Assembly (NCBI GenBank): GCA_964573995.1
Contig: CAZNLH010000002.1
Coordinates: 25,060 to 89,059, forward strand
Reading direction: 5' to 3'
DNA from: an uncultured Gemmatimonadota bacterium
GTDB taxonomy: Bacteria > Gemmatimonadota > CAZMKB01 > CAZNLH01
Length of the DNA stretch: 64,000 nucleotides
In this document: piece after piece, positions 28,238-38,685 of the stretch
How the letters are laid out: the number at the start of each line of letters is the position of its first letter
Position numbering within the stretch: position 1 is the first letter of the stretch
Made by a program: the position numbers and the translations under genes
Notes under the pieces: generated by a model
The model's database searches: none
The model's input: only the letters and a program-made list of their open reading frames with translations
Told to the model about the DNA's origin: nothing

Positions 28238-28531
28238 GTGGGATCGGGAATGGTCATCGGAGTGATGACGCTTGAATTTTACCTCCCCTCGTGTCGATCT
28301 CTCAAGTCCAAGCGCTGCACTTTAAAGAGCCTCAAAGAGCGTCTCATCGGTAAGTTCAATGTATCGGTGGCGGAGGTGAATTATCATGACCTGTGGCAAA
28401 GGGCCGAAATAGCCGTCGTCACCGTCTCAAGAGACAGGCGCTTCGCCAACTCAGTTCTCTCCAAGGCGCTGGATCTGGCGCGCGTCGAGAGGGAAGCCAT
28501 CCTTGCCAATACGGAAATCTATTTCATATAA
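28238..28531 (+). CDS. DUF503 family protein (YlxP-like)
   Basis: About 95 aa, located between infB and rbfA as in many bacteria. The MVIGVMTLEFYLPSCRSLKSKR start is typical of DUF503. Confidence 0.7.
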   Translation: MGSGMVIGVMTLEFYLPSCRSLKSKRCTLKSLKERLIGKFNVSVAEVNYHDLWQRAEIAVVTVSRDRRFANSVLSKALDLARVEREAILANTEIYFI

Positions 28532-28546
28532 CCTGGTGCGGGTTCC

Positions 28547-28909
28547 ATGAGATATGGCTATTCGAGGTCGGACAGGGTCTCCGAGTTGATCCTTCAGGAA
28601 GTTAGTTGGATTATCAGGAACGGGGTCAAAGATCCCGGAGTTGGGTTCGTTACATTGACCGGCGTGAAGGTGTCATCAGATTTGCGCTTCGCCAGGATAT
28701 ACGTAAGCGTGATGGGTGATGAGGATGAGAAGATCAAGAGTCTCAGGGCACTGAACAGGGCTAAGGGATATATCCGTTCAGCGTTTGGAGGGAGGGTGAG
28801 GTTGAAATACCTCCCCGTATTCACGTTCGTTCTCGATAGGTCCCTGGAGAGAGTGAAACGAATAGAGGAACTGCTCAGGAAGGTACCGGGGTCGGGGGAT
28901 TCTGCCTGA
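28547..28909 (+). CDS. rbfA: ribosome-binding factor A
   Basis: RbfA KH-like fold signature (RVSELILQEVSWII ... VTLTGVKVSSDLRFARIYVS). Confidence 0.85.
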   Translation: MRYGYSRSDRVSELILQEVSWIIRNGVKDPGVGFVTLTGVKVSSDLRFARIYVSVMGDEDEKIKSLRALNRAKGYIRSAFGGRVRLKYLPVFTFVLDRSLERVKRIEELLRKVPGSGDSA

Positions 28910-28939
28910 CACCTCGATCCTTGGGTATTAGAGGGAAAG

Positions 28940-29884
28940 ATGGCGCTAAAGGGCGGTTATCCCGGCGGTTTTTTGCTTGTAGATAAGCCGCGGGGTCTGA
29001 CTTCGCGTAAGGTCGTCGACAAGATACGAAATATGGCGGAGTTCCGGGGGAAAATCGGCCATTCCGGCACGCTGGACCCGATGGCCACCGGTTTACTGGT
29101 CCTATGCCTCGGCAAGGCGACGAGGCTCGCATCGTATCTCATACGGGACGACAAGAGTTATCTGTCGGAGATCGAACTGGGAGAGGAAACCGACACGGGT
29201 GACATGGAAGGGCGTGTGACTTTCGAGAACAGGGAGAAAGTAATGGAGTTGGACGAAGGGACTGTCTCCAGGGCCTTGAAGGGCTATCGAGGGGTCTTCA
29301 ATCAAGTTCCTCCAAGTTTCTCAGCACGAAAAGTTGCGGGGAAGCGGGCCTATGAATTGGCCCGTCGAGGAGAGAAGGTGGAACTCCAGGCGAGTGAAGT
29401 CGAAATCAAGGAGATAGAAATATTGGAAATGGGGCTCCCGAAGGTCCGCTTTTACATCAGGTGTTCGAGCGGGACCTATATCCGGTCACTTGCCTTGGAC
29501 GTGGGGAGGATTCTGGGAACGGGTGGCCACCTCGTCTCTCTGAGACGACTGACGGTTGGGCCGTTCAGCCTGGGGGAAGCGGAGGGACTGGATAAACTGG
29601 AGAAGGAGTGCCGTTACGGAAACCTGGCTCACTGGCTCTTCCCTCCGTATACTGTGCTCGGGGGCCTCTCGAAGGTAGTCGTGGATGATCGGGCAGAAGA
29701 GTTGCTGCGGCGTGGGTCCCCGGTGGATAAGGTGAGTTTTCAACTCTGTGGCGGGAACTCTTCAGTTCCTCGCTCCGGTAGGGAGGTCCAGGTATGGAGC
29801 CGCACCGATTTCCTGGCCGTGGGTAGAATAGAAATAGAAGGAAAAGGCGGGTTGCTCCTGTATCCGGAGAAGGTGCTCGGATGA
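28940..29884 (+). CDS. truB: tRNA pseudouridine(55) synthase
   Basis: GFLLVDKPRGLTSRKVV and GHSGTLDPMATGLLVLCLGKATRL, including the catalytic Asp motif. Confidence 0.85.
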   Translation: MALKGGYPGGFLLVDKPRGLTSRKVVDKIRNMAEFRGKIGHSGTLDPMATGLLVLCLGKATRLASYLIRDDKSYLSEIELGEETDTGDMEGRVTFENREKVMELDEGTVSRALKGYRGVFNQVPPSFSARKVAGKRAYELARRGEKVELQASEVEIKEIEILEMGLPKVRFYIRCSSGTYIRSLALDVGRILGTGGHLVSLRRLTVGPFSLGEAEGLDKLEKECRYGNLAHWLFPPYTVLGGLSKVVVDDRAEELLRRGSPVDKVSFQLCGGNSSVPRSGREVQVWSRTDFLAVGRIEIEGKGGLLLYPEKVLG

Positions 29885-29917
29885 ATTCTTTGGCAGGAAG
29901 GGTAATAGGGCTTAGCA

Positions 29918-30838
29918 ATGGATAGAGCCATGGAATTGCCCATTACGGGGGAAACGGTGGTCACCATCGGGACGTTCGATGGAATCCATATCGGCCACCG
30001 AAAGGTCCTGGAGCAGGTTGTAAGGGAGGCCGGAAAAAGGGGAATGACCAGCCTTGTAATCACCTTTGATCCTCATCCTCTAAAGGTCTTGCGGCCTTCC
30101 GAAGCGCCGGGACTACTGAGCACTATAGATGAGAAATTGAAACTTCTAACACAATTCGATATCGACCTCGTGGAGATTATACCGTTTACCACGGAATTTT
30201 CACGACTGACACCCAGGAGGTTCGTAGAAGAGATCTTGTTCGAGGAATATTCGATGAGGGCGCTCGTCGTGGGTTATGATCATGGCTTCGGTCGCGGTAG
30301 GGGGGGATCGCCGGCAATGCTGCGTTCGCTGTCGCGGGAGATGGGCTTTTCTCTTGTCGTAGTGGGCCCGGTTGAGGTTGATGGAGAAAAAGTCAGCAGT
30401 TCGAGGATTCGAAAGTACATCGGCAATGCCGACTTCCATTATGTCGGCCGGGCGCTCGGCAGACGGTATTCCCTGTCGGCGAGTGTCGTTCCCGGAGAGG
30501 GGAGGGGAAGGACAATAGGCTTCCCAACGGCCAATCTGAAGGTCCTGGGCGGTGGAAAACTGCTTCCACCCGATGGAGTTTATGTGGTGGAAGTATTGTT
30601 GGATGGCCGGCCCTATCCGGGAATGATGCACCAGGGAGAGCGCCCCACCTTCCCGGGTGTCCCCGCATCCATAGAAGTGCACCTTATCGGTTTCGATGGA
30701 GAGATCATCGGCAGGGATGTCGAAGTGGAGTACATTGACTGGTTGAGGGATATCAGACACTTTGACGGACCTGTAGAACTCAGAGACCAACTGGTGAGAG
30801 ATCGAAGCGAGGCGATGAAGAAATACATTGAGATCTAA
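29918..30838 (+). CDS. ribF: bifunctional riboflavin kinase / FMN adenylyltransferase
   Basis: N-terminal nucleotidyltransferase motif (GTFDGIHIGHRKVL) and a C-terminal riboflavin kinase domain (GFPTANL ... GERPTF). Confidence 0.85.
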   Translation: MDRAMELPITGETVVTIGTFDGIHIGHRKVLEQVVREAGKRGMTSLVITFDPHPLKVLRPSEAPGLLSTIDEKLKLLTQFDIDLVEIIPFTTEFSRLTPRRFVEEILFEEYSMRALVVGYDHGFGRGRGGSPAMLRSLSREMGFSLVVVGPVEVDGEKVSSSRIRKYIGNADFHYVGRALGRRYSLSASVVPGEGRGRTIGFPTANLKVLGGGKLLPPDGVYVVEVLLDGRPYPGMMHQGERPTFPGVPASIEVHLIGFDGEIIGRDVEVEYIDWLRDIRHFDGPVELRDQLVRDRSEAMKKYIEI

Positions 30839-30910
30839 GCCTTTACAAAGGTGAATTTTCGTTTTAAATTGTAGACTCGTTTGGCGCGATGAATCGAAGG
30901 AGAGTCGACG

Positions 30911-31180
30911 ATGGCACTTGATAAAGAGACGAAAAAGGATGTGATCGACAGGTTCAAACTCCATGATAATGATTCGGGGTCCGCCGAAGTCCAGATTGCA
31001 TTGTTGACTCGTCGGATAGAGTCATTGACCAAGCACTTTCAGGTGCATAATAAAGATCACCACTCAAGGAAGGGGTTGTTGAGACTTGTTGGACAGCGAA
31101 GGAAACTCTTGGATTATCTCAAAAAGAGCAATATTAACAGTTATCATCACCTGCTCAGGGAACTGAACCTGAGAAAATAG
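30911..31180 (+). CDS. rpsO: 30S ribosomal protein S15
   Basis: 89 aa with S15 signatures ([28 protein letters not shown]). AAGGAGAG ribosome-binding site. Confidence 0.9.
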   Translation: MALDKETKKDVIDRFKLHDNDSGSAEVQIALLTRRIESLTKHFQVHNKDHHSRKGLLRLVGQRRKLLDYLKKSNINSYHHLLRELNLRK

Positions 31181-31226
31181 GTTGTCTCAAGCGCCCTGTA
31201 GGGGCAGTATGGGAGTCAGTAAAAAA

Positions 31227-33368
31227 ATGATAAATAAGGTTGAACTGGATATCAATGAGACCAGACTGATAATCGAGCACGGCAGGGTCGCGAAGCAGGC
31301 CAACGGGGCGGTCCTCGTCCAGTATGGAGAGACCATCGTCCTGGTCTCCGCGGTGGCGTCCGAAAAGCCCGATTACGCAAGGGGCTTCCTCCCCCTTTAT
31401 GTTGATTATCGTGAAAAATCATATGCCGCAGGTAAGATACCGGGGGGATTCTTCAAGCGGGAAGGACGACCGAGCGAGAAGGAAATCCTCAATGCCCGAA
31501 AGATAGACCGTCCCCTGAGGCCCTTTTTCCCCAAGGGATATTTCCACGAGGTCCAGATAATGGCAATTGTGTTGTCATATGATCAGGAGAACGATCCGGA
31601 TATTCTCGCGCTTATCGGGGCCTCTGCGGCACTTGCGGTCTCGGATATCCCCTTTCCCGTGTGCCTTGGTGCGGTCAAGGTAGGTATGGGTCCGGAAGGT
31701 TACATCATCAACCCCACATCCGGCCAGTTGGAGGGGAGCAGGCTGGATATCACGGTCGTGGGGACGAAGGATTCGGTTGTGATGGTTGAGGGAGAGGCCC
31801 TGGAGGTCTCGGAGGCGGAACTCATCGGTGCTCTCAAGATGGCCCAGGGGACAATCGCGCAAGTTATAGAGATCCAGGAGAAACTCCGGGGCCTGTGTGG
31901 CAAGGAAAAGAGGGACTTTTCCCCGCCGCCGGTAGACCCAGCCCTGGAGAAGCACTTGATCGATGTGGCGACGGATCCGGTCCGCGAGGCACTTCAGTTC
32001 CAGGAGAAGGAGGATCGGAGGAGCAGGCTGTCCGAGTTGAGGGATCGCCTGGTCGAGGAGTTTGCCGAGGAATTCCCGGACTCTGAAATGGCGATAAACC
32101 AGTACATTGATGATATCGAGAAGCGGATCATGCGCCGGATGATTCTCGATCGGGGGAAGAGGGTGGATGGCCGGGGGTACGATGATATCAGGCCGATTGA
32201 CTGCGAGGTCGGGTTTCTGCCGAGGACCCATGGTTCCGCGCTGTTCACGAGGGGGCAGACCCAAGCGCTGGCTGTCGTAACCTTGGGGACATCTTCGGAC
32301 GAACAGCGCATAGACAATATCGAGGGTGAATCGAGCAAGTCCTTCATGCTTCACTACAACTTTCCCCCGTTCAGCGTCGGCGAAGTTCGTATGATTCGGG
32401 GGCCGGCGAGGAGGGAGATCGGTCATGGGGCACTTGCCGAAAGGGCCTTGAAGGCCTCGATTCCACAGGACAGCCTATTCCCTTACACCGTGCGAATTGT
32501 GGTCGATATACTCGAATCGAATGGGTCATCTTCCATGGCAACTGTCTGCAGCGGCTCACTGTCGCTGATGGATGCCGGAGTGCCGACCAAGTTCCCGGTG
32601 GCAGGAATTGCAATGGGTCTCGTCAAGGAGGATGATCGGAGCGTCGTCTTGACTGACATCCTGGGGGACGAAGATAAGATCGGTGACATGGATTTCAAGG
32701 TAACGGGGACCAGAGAAGGAATTACGGCCTTTCAGATGGACATCAAGATCAAGGGTATCAGTCTTGAGGTCTTCGAAGAGGCCCTCGAAAAGGCCAGAAA
32801 GGCGAGGATAAGCATACTTGGCACAATGGACCGGGCGATATCCAGGCCAAGGTCAGACCTCTCTCCATACGCCCCGAGAATAATATCAATGACTGTTCCC
32901 AGGGATAGGATCGGTGATATCATCGGCCCGGGTGGAAAGATGATACGCAGGATCATCGAGGAGACAGGTTCCAAGATAGATGTGGAGGATGACGGGTCGG
33001 TTGTAATCGCCTCGGTTGACCAGGGAGCGGGAGAGCGGGCACGGAAGATGATCGAGAAGATTATCGAGGAACCCGAGGTGGGGAAAATCTATCATGGTAC
33101 GGTCAAGAATACCCTGTCTTTTGGTGCCTTTGTTGAGATTCTACCGAAGGTGGAGGGTCTGGTCCACATCTCCGAGTTGGACCACAAGCGGGTCGCGAAG
33201 GTTGAGGATGTAGTAAAGGTTGGTGATAAAGTCTGGGTCAAACTCATTGGGATCGATGATCAGCACCGAATCAAATTGAGTCGCAAGGCGGCCCTCGATG
33301 AGATGACCAGGAAAAAGGGGATGGAAAACAATGATCATAGGTCTTCCGAAAGAAATAAAGAGCGATGA
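31227..33368 (+). CDS. pnp: polyribonucleotide nucleotidyltransferase (PNPase)
   Basis: Two RNase PH domains followed by KH and S1 domains. The start was chosen at MINKVELD, with a GGGAG ribosome-binding site 12 nt upstream; the six-frame ORF begins at 31182. Confidence 0.9.
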   Translation: MINKVELDINETRLIIEHGRVAKQANGAVLVQYGETIVLVSAVASEKPDYARGFLPLYVDYREKSYAAGKIPGGFFKREGRPSEKEILNARKIDRPLRPFFPKGYFHEVQIMAIVLSYDQENDPDILALIGASAALAVSDIPFPVCLGAVKVGMGPEGYIINPTSGQLEGSRLDITVVGTKDSVVMVEGEALEVSEAELIGALKMAQGTIAQVIEIQEKLRGLCGKEKRDFSPPPVDPALEKHLIDVATDPVREALQFQEKEDRRSRLSELRDRLVEEFAEEFPDSEMAINQYIDDIEKRIMRRMILDRGKRVDGRGYDDIRPIDCEVGFLPRTHGSALFTRGQTQALAVVTLGTSSDEQRIDNIEGESSKSFMLHYNFPPFSVGEVRMIRGPARREIGHGALAERALKASIPQDSLFPYTVRIVVDILESNGSSSMATVCSGSLSLMDAGVPTKFPVAGIAMGLVKEDDRSVVLTDILGDEDKIGDMDFKVTGTREGITAFQMDIKIKGISLEVFEEALEKARKARISILGTMDRAISRPRSDLSPYAPRIISMTVPRDRIGDIIGPGGKMIRRIIEETGSKIDVEDDGSVVIASVDQGAGERARKMIEKIIEEPEVGKIYHGTVKNTLSFGAFVEILPKVEGLVHISELDHKRVAKVEDVVKVGDKVWVKLIGIDDQHRIKLSRKAALDEMTRKKGMENNDHRSSERNKER

Positions 33369-34449
33369 GAATCGGGTAGCGCTGGTCCCATCCGGTGTCG
33401 AGGTCCTGGTCTCAAGTGGGCACACCGTGTTGGTGGAGGCGGGTGCCGGAAGGGGGAGCGGGTTCGGTGATGATCTGTACCGGAAGGCTGGTGCGGACGT
33501 AGTTGAAGGCCCCAAGGAGATATTCTCCCGTGCTGAAATGGTTGTCAAGGTCAAAGAACCCCTTGAGAGGGAGTTCCCGCTGATCCGAGAAGACCAGATT
33601 CTCTTTACATTCTATCACTTCGCAGCCGATGAGGATCTCCTCGAGGGTGTCAGAGAGAGGAAGTGCATAGCGCTTGCATACGAAACGGTTCAGGAGGATA
33701 ACGGTGAACTGCCGCTGCTCATCCCGATGAGTGAAGTTGCCGGCCGGATGGCCGTTCAGGAGGGTGCTAAGTACCTCGAAAAGACAAGGGGGGGGAAGGG
33801 AGTCTTGCTCAGCGGCGTGCCGGGTGTTCGCCCGGCGCAGGTAACGGTTCTCGGTGGAGGTATCGTAGGTTCCAACGCGGCCAAGATGGCTGCGGGTCTG
33901 GGAGCCAGGGTGACGATATTCGACATTAATCTTGAACGTCTGAGATACCTCTCAGATATAATGCTTTCCAATGTAAACATGGTATATTCCAGCCCGCAGG
34001 GCATCCGCGAGGCCCTGAAATCAACGGATCTCCTGGTAGGAGCAGTCCTCCGCGCGGGGGCCAAGGCGCCGAAACTCGTCATGCAGGAAGACCTCAGGTT
34101 GATGGAAGAGGGTTCCGTCATTGTCGATGTTGCTGTTGACCAGGGCGGGTGTATAGAGACCTGCAGGCCGACCACTCACAGTGATCCCACTTATGTAGTA
34201 GAGGGCATCATTCATTATTGCGTTGCCAACATGCCTGGAGCCGTACCGAAGACCAGCACTCTTGCCCTCACGAACGCGACATTCCCCTATGTTCTCGACC
34301 TTGCGAACAAGGGCTGGAAGAAGGCCTGCCTGGAAGACCGGATCTTGATGCGCGGCCTGAATCTGGTAAAGAGCAGGATTACCTGCAGGGGTGTCGCGGA
34401 TGCCTTTCATAGGGAGTATTCGGATCCGAATGAGATCATAGGGGAATAA
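33331..34449 (+). CDS. ald: alanine dehydrogenase
   Basis: MIIGLPKEIKSDENRVALVPSG N-terminus and NAD-binding VLGGGIVGSNAAKMAAGLGA. The start overlaps the pnp 3' end by 38 nt. Confidence 0.85.
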   Translation: MIIGLPKEIKSDENRVALVPSGVEVLVSSGHTVLVEAGAGRGSGFGDDLYRKAGADVVEGPKEIFSRAEMVVKVKEPLEREFPLIREDQILFTFYHFAADEDLLEGVRERKCIALAYETVQEDNGELPLLIPMSEVAGRMAVQEGAKYLEKTRGGKGVLLSGVPGVRPAQVTVLGGGIVGSNAAKMAAGLGARVTIFDINLERLRYLSDIMLSNVNMVYSSPQGIREALKSTDLLVGAVLRAGAKAPKLVMQEDLRLMEEGSVIVDVAVDQGGCIETCRPTTHSDPTYVVEGIIHYCVANMPGAVPKTSTLALTNATFPYVLDLANKGWKKACLEDRILMRGLNLVKSRITCRGVADAFHREYSDPNEIIGE

Positions 34450-34514
34450 GCGGAATCTCCGATATTCTCATTCATACTGCTGGCCGGTTTTCAATCGATT
34501 GTAACAGTTTGATG

Positions 34515-34540
34515 AACACCCCGGGTGTTGCTTTCGTTTA
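34515..34540 (+). terminator. candidate rho-independent terminator after ald
   Basis: AACACC-ccgg-GGTGTT hairpin followed by GCTTTCGTTT. Confidence 0.4.
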
Positions 34541-34597
34541 TTACGAGGCTCGAAGAAACTATCGGAAATAACCGTAGATCATTATCCCGCTACCAGG

Positions 34598-35443
34598 ATG
34601 ATCGTATCATTCGCAAACCCGAAGGGGGGTACTGGAAAGACTACAACCGTAGTCAATCTGGGGGCCGCAGTAGCCCTGGATGGGTTGAGGGTCTTGGTAA
34701 TCGATTTGGTCCCCCAGGGAGATGCGACGTTTCTCCTGGGAGAATCATCGCTGAAAGCCAGGTACACCCTTTCGGATACACTTGTCCGGGGTGTCAGCGT
34801 TAGAAAAGCGATACAGAAGACGGCCTTACCCGGGCTCTTTCTGCTCCCCTCAAGTCCAGACCTCATTAACATCGACCTGGAACTCGCGCCCCTGAAGGGG
34901 AGGGAATGCATATTAAAGGAAAGCATTTCCAGCGGCCTCGCCGAGGACTTTGATTTTATCTTCCTGGATTGCCCCTCCGCCGTGAATCTCCTATTGGTCA
35001 ATGCCTTTACGTCATCCCACTCTCTCCTCGTTCCCACGACGCCTTCTTTCCTGTCGGTCCGGGGATTGAAAGAAGTCCTGAGAGTCCAGGCAGAGATGAA
35101 GCGGAATTTGGATTGCGGGTTGGACTTCCTGGGTATTCTCCTCACCATGGTTGATTACAGGCTCGATCCCATTGAAGAAATTGTCGGGAAACTCCGGTCC
35201 AGTTTTGGTAAAAAGGTCCTCAATACCACAATAGAACGTATGGATTCGCTGATGGCCGGGCCGGCAGCCCAGCGCCCCCTCTTGCAGATGAGGCAGGGCG
35301 GTCGGGTGGTACGGGCGTATGTCCGGTTGAAAGATGAATTTATACAGAGGGCTGGTGGGTACAGGCGGATGGGTCGAAGGGGAGGTAAGCACATCGATGA
35401 CGCCGCGCAATCAACCGGTAAGGCCGATACTTCTCGTCTATGA
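34598..35443 (+). CDS. ParA/MinD-like P-loop ATPase with a basic C-terminal extension
   Basis: Deviant Walker A NPKGGTGKTTT and a ParA-family core. The roughly 60-aa Arg/Lys-rich C-terminal tail is not typical of chromosomal Soj. Confidence 0.7.
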   Translation: MIVSFANPKGGTGKTTTVVNLGAAVALDGLRVLVIDLVPQGDATFLLGESSLKARYTLSDTLVRGVSVRKAIQKTALPGLFLLPSSPDLINIDLELAPLKGRECILKESISSGLAEDFDFIFLDCPSAVNLLLVNAFTSSHSLLVPTTPSFLSVRGLKEVLRVQAEMKRNLDCGLDFLGILLTMVDYRLDPIEEIVGKLRSSFGKKVLNTTIERMDSLMAGPAAQRPLLQMRQGGRVVRAYVRLKDEFIQRAGGYRRMGRRGGKHIDDAAQSTGKADTSRL

Positions 35444-35462
35444 CATCAAAGAGGCAAAGGGT

Positions 35463-36632
35463 ATGCTTAATATAGCCACGGAAGAAGAGATAAAGGCGGG
35501 AAAGGTCACCGATGTCTACTTTCTCAGGTGTCGGGAGGTCCTTGAGCGTCTCGGAATTCGAAGGCGTGTCGTGGTTGAGGTTGTGGCGAAAAAATTGCCG
35601 AGTGAATATGAATGGGCCGTCCTGGCGGGAATTCAAGAGGTGGTTGATCTTGTGGAAGGCCTTGAGGTGACTTTGAAGGCGGCCCCGGAGGGGACCGTAT
35701 TCGCCCCGAATCAGCCGGTCGTCGTTATCGAAGGAGACTATCTGGACTTCGGGACCTACGAGACCTCCATCCTCGGGCTCCTGTGCCAGGCCTCCGGGGT
35801 GGCTACTAAGGCGGCTCGTTGTCGTTTGGCGGCGGGCGATACACCCCTGTTCAGTTTTGGATCAAGGAGGATCCACCCGGCCGTCGCCCCCATGATGGAG
35901 CGCAGTGCCTTCATCGGGGGGTGTGACGGCGTAGCGGCCGTAAAGAGTGCAGAGTTGCTCGGCGTGAAACCGGTCGGTACAATGCCTCACGCCCTGGTTC
36001 TGCTGGTCGGTGACACCGTTGGCGCCGCGCGCGCGTTCGATGAGTGGATTCCACCCGATATAAAGAGAGTTGCCCTGATCGATACCTTTCAGGATGAAAA
36101 ATTCGAGGCACTGCGCGTGGCGGAAGCGCTTGGTGACAGGTTATATGCCCTGAGGCTGGACACGCCAATGTCAAGGCGGGGCGACATGCTTGAAATCCTC
36201 CGGGAAGTTCGCTGGGAATTAGACTTGCGTGGACATCAGGATATTAGATTGATGGTGAGCGGTGGAGTCGATGAAGGGGAGATCAGGGACCTCAATGGTG
36301 TTGTCGACGCTTACGGAGTCGGAACATCCATAAGCAATGCACCCGTCATTGACTTTTCTATGGATATTGTAGAGATTGAAGGCGAGCCCGTGTCGAAGAG
36401 GGGGAAGGCCTCCGGCGCCAAGGAAGTGTTTCGTTGTATCGAATGCGATAGGACCATCGTTCGTCCGGCCGGCATCTCGACCGCGGGCGAGGTATGCGAC
36501 TGCGGTGGTGAGTTCAGGCCTGTTCTGAAGGAGATGGTCCGTGCTGGAAAGGTGGTAGAGAGGCCCGAGCCTGCGCCTGTAATCCGGGACCGGGTAATCA
36601 GGCAGTTGGAGAAGGCGGCATGGAGGCTCTAA
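35463..36632 (+). CDS. nicotinate phosphoribosyltransferase family protein
   Basis: Type II PRTase / NAPRTase fold pattern (GTMPHALV, TFQDEK, GVGTSIS). The start was chosen at MLNIATEEE, 20 nt after the ParA-like stop; the six-frame ORF begins at 35334. Confidence 0.7.
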   Translation: MLNIATEEEIKAGKVTDVYFLRCREVLERLGIRRRVVVEVVAKKLPSEYEWAVLAGIQEVVDLVEGLEVTLKAAPEGTVFAPNQPVVVIEGDYLDFGTYETSILGLLCQASGVATKAARCRLAAGDTPLFSFGSRRIHPAVAPMMERSAFIGGCDGVAAVKSAELLGVKPVGTMPHALVLLVGDTVGAARAFDEWIPPDIKRVALIDTFQDEKFEALRVAEALGDRLYALRLDTPMSRRGDMLEILREVRWELDLRGHQDIRLMVSGGVDEGEIRDLNGVVDAYGVGTSISNAPVIDFSMDIVEIEGEPVSKRGKASGAKEVFRCIECDRTIVRPAGISTAGEVCDCGGEFRPVLKEMVRAGKVVERPEPAPVIRDRVIRQLEKAAWRL

Positions 36633-36700
36633 GGCTGGAGGCTCGGTCCACGTTTTGAATTGGCAGCGAATGGAGGGCTAATGACGGGAAGGATGAAAGG

Positions 36701-37744
36701 ATGCTGGGAATCCTGAAAAAAATAAGGGGGCTCAGTCCGACGAGTGAAATAGCGATTGATCTGGGGACCGCTAACACACTCGCCTACGTCAAGGGGCGCG
36801 GGATAGTTCTCAATGAGCCATCCGTCGTGGCCATCGATAAGAAGACAAGGGCGGTCAAGGCGGTTGGTAACGAAGCCAAGAAGATGCTGGGCAGGACGCC
36901 GCAAGAGACGGCAGTAATCCGGCCCCTGAAGGACGGAGTGATCGCCGACTTTGAAGTAACGGAAAAGATGCTTGAATGCTTCATCAGGATGGTATTGAAG
37001 AACCACTTCCTTCCCCTTAGACCGAGGCTCATTATATGTGTTCCGTCCGGGATCACGGAAGTCGAGAAGAGGGCGGTGCGCGACTCTGCGGAGTCCGCGG
37101 GGGCGAAAGAAGTCTATCTTGTCGCGGAACCGATGGCAGCGGCCATCGGAGTAGGCCTTCCAGTGGAGACTCCTTCCGGGAACATGGTGATTGATATAGG
37201 TGGAGGAACGACTGAGATCGCCGTCATCGCCCTGTCGGGTATCGTGTGCAATACCTCGATACGGGAGGGGGGGGATGAGATGGATGAGGCGATGGTGCAG
37301 TTCATGAAGAAGAGTTATAACATGTTGATCGGGGAGCAGACTGCTGAGAATATAAAGATCAACATCGGTTCCGCTTACCCCATGAACGAGGAACTCGAGA
37401 TCGAAGTCAAGGGGAGGGATATCATTACCGGGATTCCAAAGACCGTGACCGTACATTCAAGTGAAATCCGGGAGTCTCTCCAAGAGCCGATTATGGCGAT
37501 TGTGGATGCCGTCAGGCTGGCACTTGAGAAGACGCCGCCTGAATTGGCCTCGGATATAGTCGATCGTGGCGTTGTCATGACTGGAGGGGGCTCGTTGTTG
37601 AGGGGGCTCGATGTACTCCTCCATGAAGAGACAAAACTTCCGATCAATCTCGATGAGGATCCCCTCACTTGTGTGGTGAGGGGGACGGGAAAGGTCCTTG
37701 AGGACCCCGGGAAATACGGAATCGTCGTGATTCCCGGGCAGTAG
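36701..37744 (+). CDS. mreB: rod shape-determining protein MreB
   Basis: Actin-like ATPase motifs ([20 protein letters not shown]). Confidence 0.9.
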   Translation: MLGILKKIRGLSPTSEIAIDLGTANTLAYVKGRGIVLNEPSVVAIDKKTRAVKAVGNEAKKMLGRTPQETAVIRPLKDGVIADFEVTEKMLECFIRMVLKNHFLPLRPRLIICVPSGITEVEKRAVRDSAESAGAKEVYLVAEPMAAAIGVGLPVETPSGNMVIDIGGGTTEIAVIALSGIVCNTSIREGGDEMDEAMVQFMKKSYNMLIGEQTAENIKINIGSAYPMNEELEIEVKGRDIITGIPKTVTVHSSEIRESLQEPIMAIVDAVRLALEKTPPELASDIVDRGVVMTGGGSLLRGLDVLLHEETKLPINLDEDPLTCVVRGTGKVLEDPGKYGIVVIPGQ

Positions 37745-37761
37745 CCTTCCACTCAATTCCG

Positions 37762-38685
37762 GTGTTAAATTTTCTGAGATACATCTGGTTGCATCGTGAG
37801 AGGGGATTGATTTTCACGCTATCCTTCATATCAATCGTTTCACTTTACCTCCCGCAGGATACCGGATATATCTTTTATCGCCGGGTCAACCGGCTCGTGA
37901 TAACGCCGTTCCAGGTCGTTTTGGACCAGGTCGAACGTTATAAAGAAGCCGCCAGGCGTTCATCCGAACTCGAAGAGGAAAATATACGACTCTCTCTTGC
38001 TCTTCATGCCATGCAAACAATTGAGGCCGAGAATATTCGCCTGCGCAAGTTGCTGGACTTCTCCACCTCGAAGGGCGTGAGGTTTGTTGCGGCGCGGGTC
38101 ATCGGGTACAATCCTTCTGGACCGCTGAGTAGCATCGCCATCGATAAGGGAAGGCAGGATGGTGTCAGGCCTCTCCTTCCTGTAATGACCCCTGACGGGC
38201 TCGTCGGCAAGGTCGCGGAAGTCGATGAAAATAACAGTTTGGTGGAACTCTTCACATCGAGCGGATTCAGCGTGAGCGGGATGGTCGTCGAGAACGGGGA
38301 GGTGGGTATCGTAACGACTCATGGGTCGGGAAGGCTCTATCTTGAAGGCCTCAACTTGAGGACCCAGGTAAAGGCTGGGGACCGGGTTGTATCCTCCGGG
38401 CTCGGCGGTGTATTCCCTGTGGGGATCCCGGTGGGAATCGTCCGATCTGTCGAAATGGACCCGCTTGGGGTTCAGCGCGTTGCCTCCATCGTGCCGGAAT
38501 TGGATCTCAATTCCGTAAGGGAGGTCTTTATATTGCCGGATTCGAACTACATCAAGGCTGATCCGCTATGGTTGATCACCTCGAAGGGCTCACTCTCTTC
38601 GCTATGGCCTGAATTTTCCAGTGGTTCTCCCCATGATCACGTCGCTGACGGGCGGCCGGGTAGTGATGGCCGGGATCGCGAATGA
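37762..38685 (+). CDS. mreC: rod shape-determining protein MreC
   Basis: N-terminal transmembrane segment plus coiled coil, then MreC beta-domain blocks (VIGYNPSGPLSSIAIDKG, DGLVGKV, VVSSGLGGVFPVGIPVG). Confidence 0.8.
   Translation: MLNFLRYIWLHRERGLIFTLSFISIVSLYLPQDTGYIFYRRVNRLVITPFQVVLDQVERYKEAARRSSELEEENIRLSLALHAMQTIEAENIRLRKLLDFSTSKGVRFVAARVIGYNPSGPLSSIAIDKGRQDGVRPLLPVMTPDGLVGKVAEVDENNSLVELFTSSGFSVSGMVVENGEVGIVTTHGSGRLYLEGLNLRTQVKAGDRVVSSGLGGVFPVGIPVGIVRSVEMDPLGVQRVASIVPELDLNSVREVFILPDSNYIKADPLWLITSKGSLSSLWPEFSSGSPHDHVADGRPGSDGRDRE

Noticed and set aside
33331-33368. A possible frameshift or fusion signal where the ald start lies inside the pnp 3' end.
   Set aside because: Both proteins have complete, family-typical termini. 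The pnp C-terminal tail (…HRSSERNKER) is low-complexity, and a 38-nt overlap in a different frame is an ordinary compact-operon arrangement.
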